DNA of 49,760 bases, taken from Fonticula-like sp. SCN 57-25 (Eukaryota). The position numbers were made by a program, and so were the translations under genes. Shown one piece after another: positions 47,201 to 49,760 of this stretch. The notes beneath the pieces are model-generated. The model made no database searches, had not been told where the DNA came from, and worked only from the letters and a program-made list of their open reading frames with translations. The stretch's first letter is position 1. Every line of letters begins with the position of its first letter. Location of the stretch: the NCBI GenBank assembly GCA_001724245.1, contig MEDX01000078.1, positions 1 through 49,760 on the forward strand. Direction: 5' to 3'.

Positions 47201-49486
47201 GGTGCGACGCTTGACGCGATGCGGCCGCGGCTTCAGGGTGTCACGCTGCCGCGTGTTGCGCCAGGAACACAGCTTGTATACGCCGTGGACGCCGAAAGCG
47301 CCCTCAAGAGGCCGCTTGATTTCTACGACTTTTACGCGGACGAAGGCGCAGCGGCAGAAGAGGAAGCAGTGCGGTTTGTGCGCGTCGCGCTGAGCGGGGT
47401 GCCGGCGGGTGTTCGCATGACGGTTGGTGCTATTGACCTGTACGGCGCGCCGGTCGACTGCGCGGACGAGCGGCTCGGCGCGTTGGCATCCATCGAGGAG
47501 CACGGTGTCAGCAAGCTCACGGCGAACGCGCTACGTATGATCGAATCCGGCGGTAGCGTTGGCATGGAAGGCGGCAACAGCGTTGTTGGGAGACTGCGTG
47601 CGGCGTCGCTAGCAGGCGGTCGAACCGCGTCGTCGCTGTCCTCATCGGGGTACGAAGCGATGGGGCGGCGGATTCGCGCCGAGGTGACATACCTACAGCA
47701 GGCGAGCGTGCTGCTCAAGGACGGCAGCGGGGCAGGCGGCGGCTTTGGCGAGTCTGTGTCGCTGTTGGACGCTCTGTCGCTGGATGAGACGCGGCTGAGG
47801 CTCAACTTGAGCGTGGCCACACGCGACAATCTGCTGGCCACGATCGGCGCGGGGGCAGTCGCGGCAGTGGACCCGAACCGCCACGTATACCCGCGCGACC
47901 CTCGGCTGGCGGCGCCGCCGGCCTCGACCCGCGGCAACGTGTGCCAGCGCCAAGAGTGCACGCAGCCGCTCGCGGCCAACATGGACAGGTGCAGGCGGTG
48001 CACGCGCACGCTTTGCAGGGCGTGCATGGCGGCGAGCCCGGTGACAAGGCGAGGCAGCCAGTCAGGCGGAACACCCATCGTCGCGGGCCAGTCAGGAGTT
48101 GGGTCGCCGCTGCTTGCTAGCGGCCAGCTGGGTGGGCAGTCAATGCAGCCTGGCGGCACTCCGATGCTTGCCGCCGCTGCTGCGCCGCTTCCGCCGGCCG
48201 AGTGTCGCATTCCCGAGTTCTGCTGGACGCAGACGGTCCCCGTCTGCCCCGACTGCCACCGGACGCTCGTTCAGCAAGAGTCGTTGCTTGCGCGCATCGT
48301 TGCGCTCAAGGGCGAGTTTGACCCTGACGACGCTGCGGCGGCCGCCGACGATGCTCGCTTTGCCGCAGCAGCCCGCGCCCGTCAGTACGACGTCAGCAAT
48401 GACGTTGCCGGTATTGTGCGGCCCTTGGATCTTGCGGTGGCCGCGAGTGTGCCGCACGACCGCTTCTCTGCGCCAATCAGCGCGGCGTTAATCAGCGATA
48501 CCGGTCGCCCGCGTGGCCTTCAGTGGTTTTATGTTGGCGACGTCGGCAGCGGCGGCAGCGGGTCGCCGGTGCACATTGTGCTTGTCCTCCTGCGCAGCTA
48601 TCGCGTGCGCGGAGTGCGGCTCACGGCTGACCGCCTTGGCATCGCGCGGCAGGACGCGCCGGGCGTTCGCGTCGAGGCAACCGTCGGCGGCGACGCGTCA
48701 TCCCTCGCGCTCCTGGCCGATCACGCGTCTCTCCTCACGCTCTACCAGAGCCAGGGCGGCGCCGCCGATAGCCATGCGAGCACTGGTATCCCGCCAAACC
48801 ACGTGGTTGATGTTGCCTGGTCGCGTGTGGTTGTTCCTCGCTACGTCATCGTGACGCTGACGCCGCCTGCGTCGGGCCTGCTACATTTAGGCGGCATCGC
48901 GCTGCTTGGTGAGCCTCTACCGTCGGCGCGGGCATCGCTCGCGGTCCCGCGCACCCTTTTTTCCCCACGTGACACTGCGCCTGAGCAGCAGGTGCAGGCG
49001 TCGGTCCGTGTGGAGCGTGCGCCGGTAAAGGTGGCGTGGGCGCGCCACCGCCCAGGGCGCACGCGCGTCGACATTGGTGTTGAGCCGTTCCGCATGTCAG
49101 GCGTTGCGCTGACGCCGCGCGCGTACGAGGGCCGGCGGGACAGCCAGGTGCGCGAGGTGCGTGTGCTTGAAGCGGTCGTCAACCAAAAGGGCGACCTCGT
49201 CAGCGAGGCGGCCATCATTGCGTCCCTCATTGTCCCGCGCGTCCCATCGGGCACAACGCTCTTCTTTGATCACGTTGCCGAGATTAGAGGCAACGTCGTC
49301 AGCATTGAGTGCCTTGACAACTACGGTGAAAGGGTGCGGGCCAAAGGTGAGTGCGATAGAGCTAACATGGCCGTTTTAGGAAATGTGTCCGCTCGGCGGC
49401 GTCTTTTTATACTAACAACATCCCTGCGGCCGTGCAACCAACGAAGAAGCTACAACCGTATTATCCGAACTTTTGTCTTCCTATAA
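44293..49486 (+). CDS. SAC9-like phosphoinositide phosphatase-family protein, catalytically degenerate, with a FYVE-like zinc finger
   Basis: N-terminus SIDRYTGQL..G..GVDVF, AILGY..LG..GHLLVA, HYYCDTLDVTRPFPS, EFSWNEFL..PF, RFFACGL..GNEVECELIVW, W.AMLWRVGSPPI, VDWF, ARQNALDMFLG resemble the SAC9-type SAC domain. Intron about 45379-45517. 3' exon structure after about 49325 is uncertain. Confidence 0.78.
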
Positions 49487-49760
49487 TCACCATCTTCGTC
49501 GTCTTTTGTTTGATTTGTGCGCGCCATGTGCAATAATATACGGTGAATTTTGCATCGGTACATGCATGCAATTGCAGGCCTTAAAAGTGTGTTTCATCGC
49601 CGCTGCCTGCCGCATCTCTGAAATTCGGCGTATCATTTGACATAAACATATATTCATCAATATGCTGCTTGTTGGACCCTTCTTTCTTATCTTCTATGCT
49701 TTGGTTGAGCTGTCTATTCTTCTTCGTTTACATACATTGGCTAGCCCATCTTGTGGTTCT

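Noticed and set aside
49325-49486. Additional intron(s) or a 5-nt micro-exon at the 3' end of the SAC9-like gene
   Set aside because: Splice-like signals exist (a 54-nt in-frame candidate and a second CTAAC), but the alternatives cannot be resolved from sequence alone.

Overview
Gene-dense, GC-rich eukaryotic (protist) genomic DNA. It holds 17 protein-coding genes, most split by short (usually 44-80 nt) GT-AG spliceosomal introns with GTRCGY-type donors and CTRAC/CTCAC-like branch sites, separated by short AT-rich intergenic spacers. In order: sterol 3-beta-glucosyltransferase (5'-truncated), a 2xUBA + 6xTudor protein, a FAR-17a/AIG1/rolling-stone-like membrane protein, myosin VI, PIG-M, prolyl oligopeptidase, a DENN-DUF547 protein, an SDR dehydrogenase, a very large receptor pseudokinase (DNRLRE-like + EGF + 21 HormR/sushi-like repeats + 2 FN3 + TM + degenerate kinase, with an in-frame TAG in its signal peptide), an intronless CocE/NonD hydrolase with a P/T stalk and GPI-like tail, a 114-aa orphan, a DDB1/SF3B3/Mms1-like propeller protein, a PH-RUN-PDZ protein, RBBP4/7, an ankyrin protein, NAD-dependent MTHF dehydrogenase and a SAC9-like pseudophosphatase with a degenerate FYVE finger. 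The gene set suggests a unicellular opisthokont, possibly a nucleariid (inference only). I found no rRNA, tRNA, CRISPR array or transposon. Exon boundaries were inferred by eye from splice signals and protein-family motifs, and domain calls come from motif recognition, not database searches.
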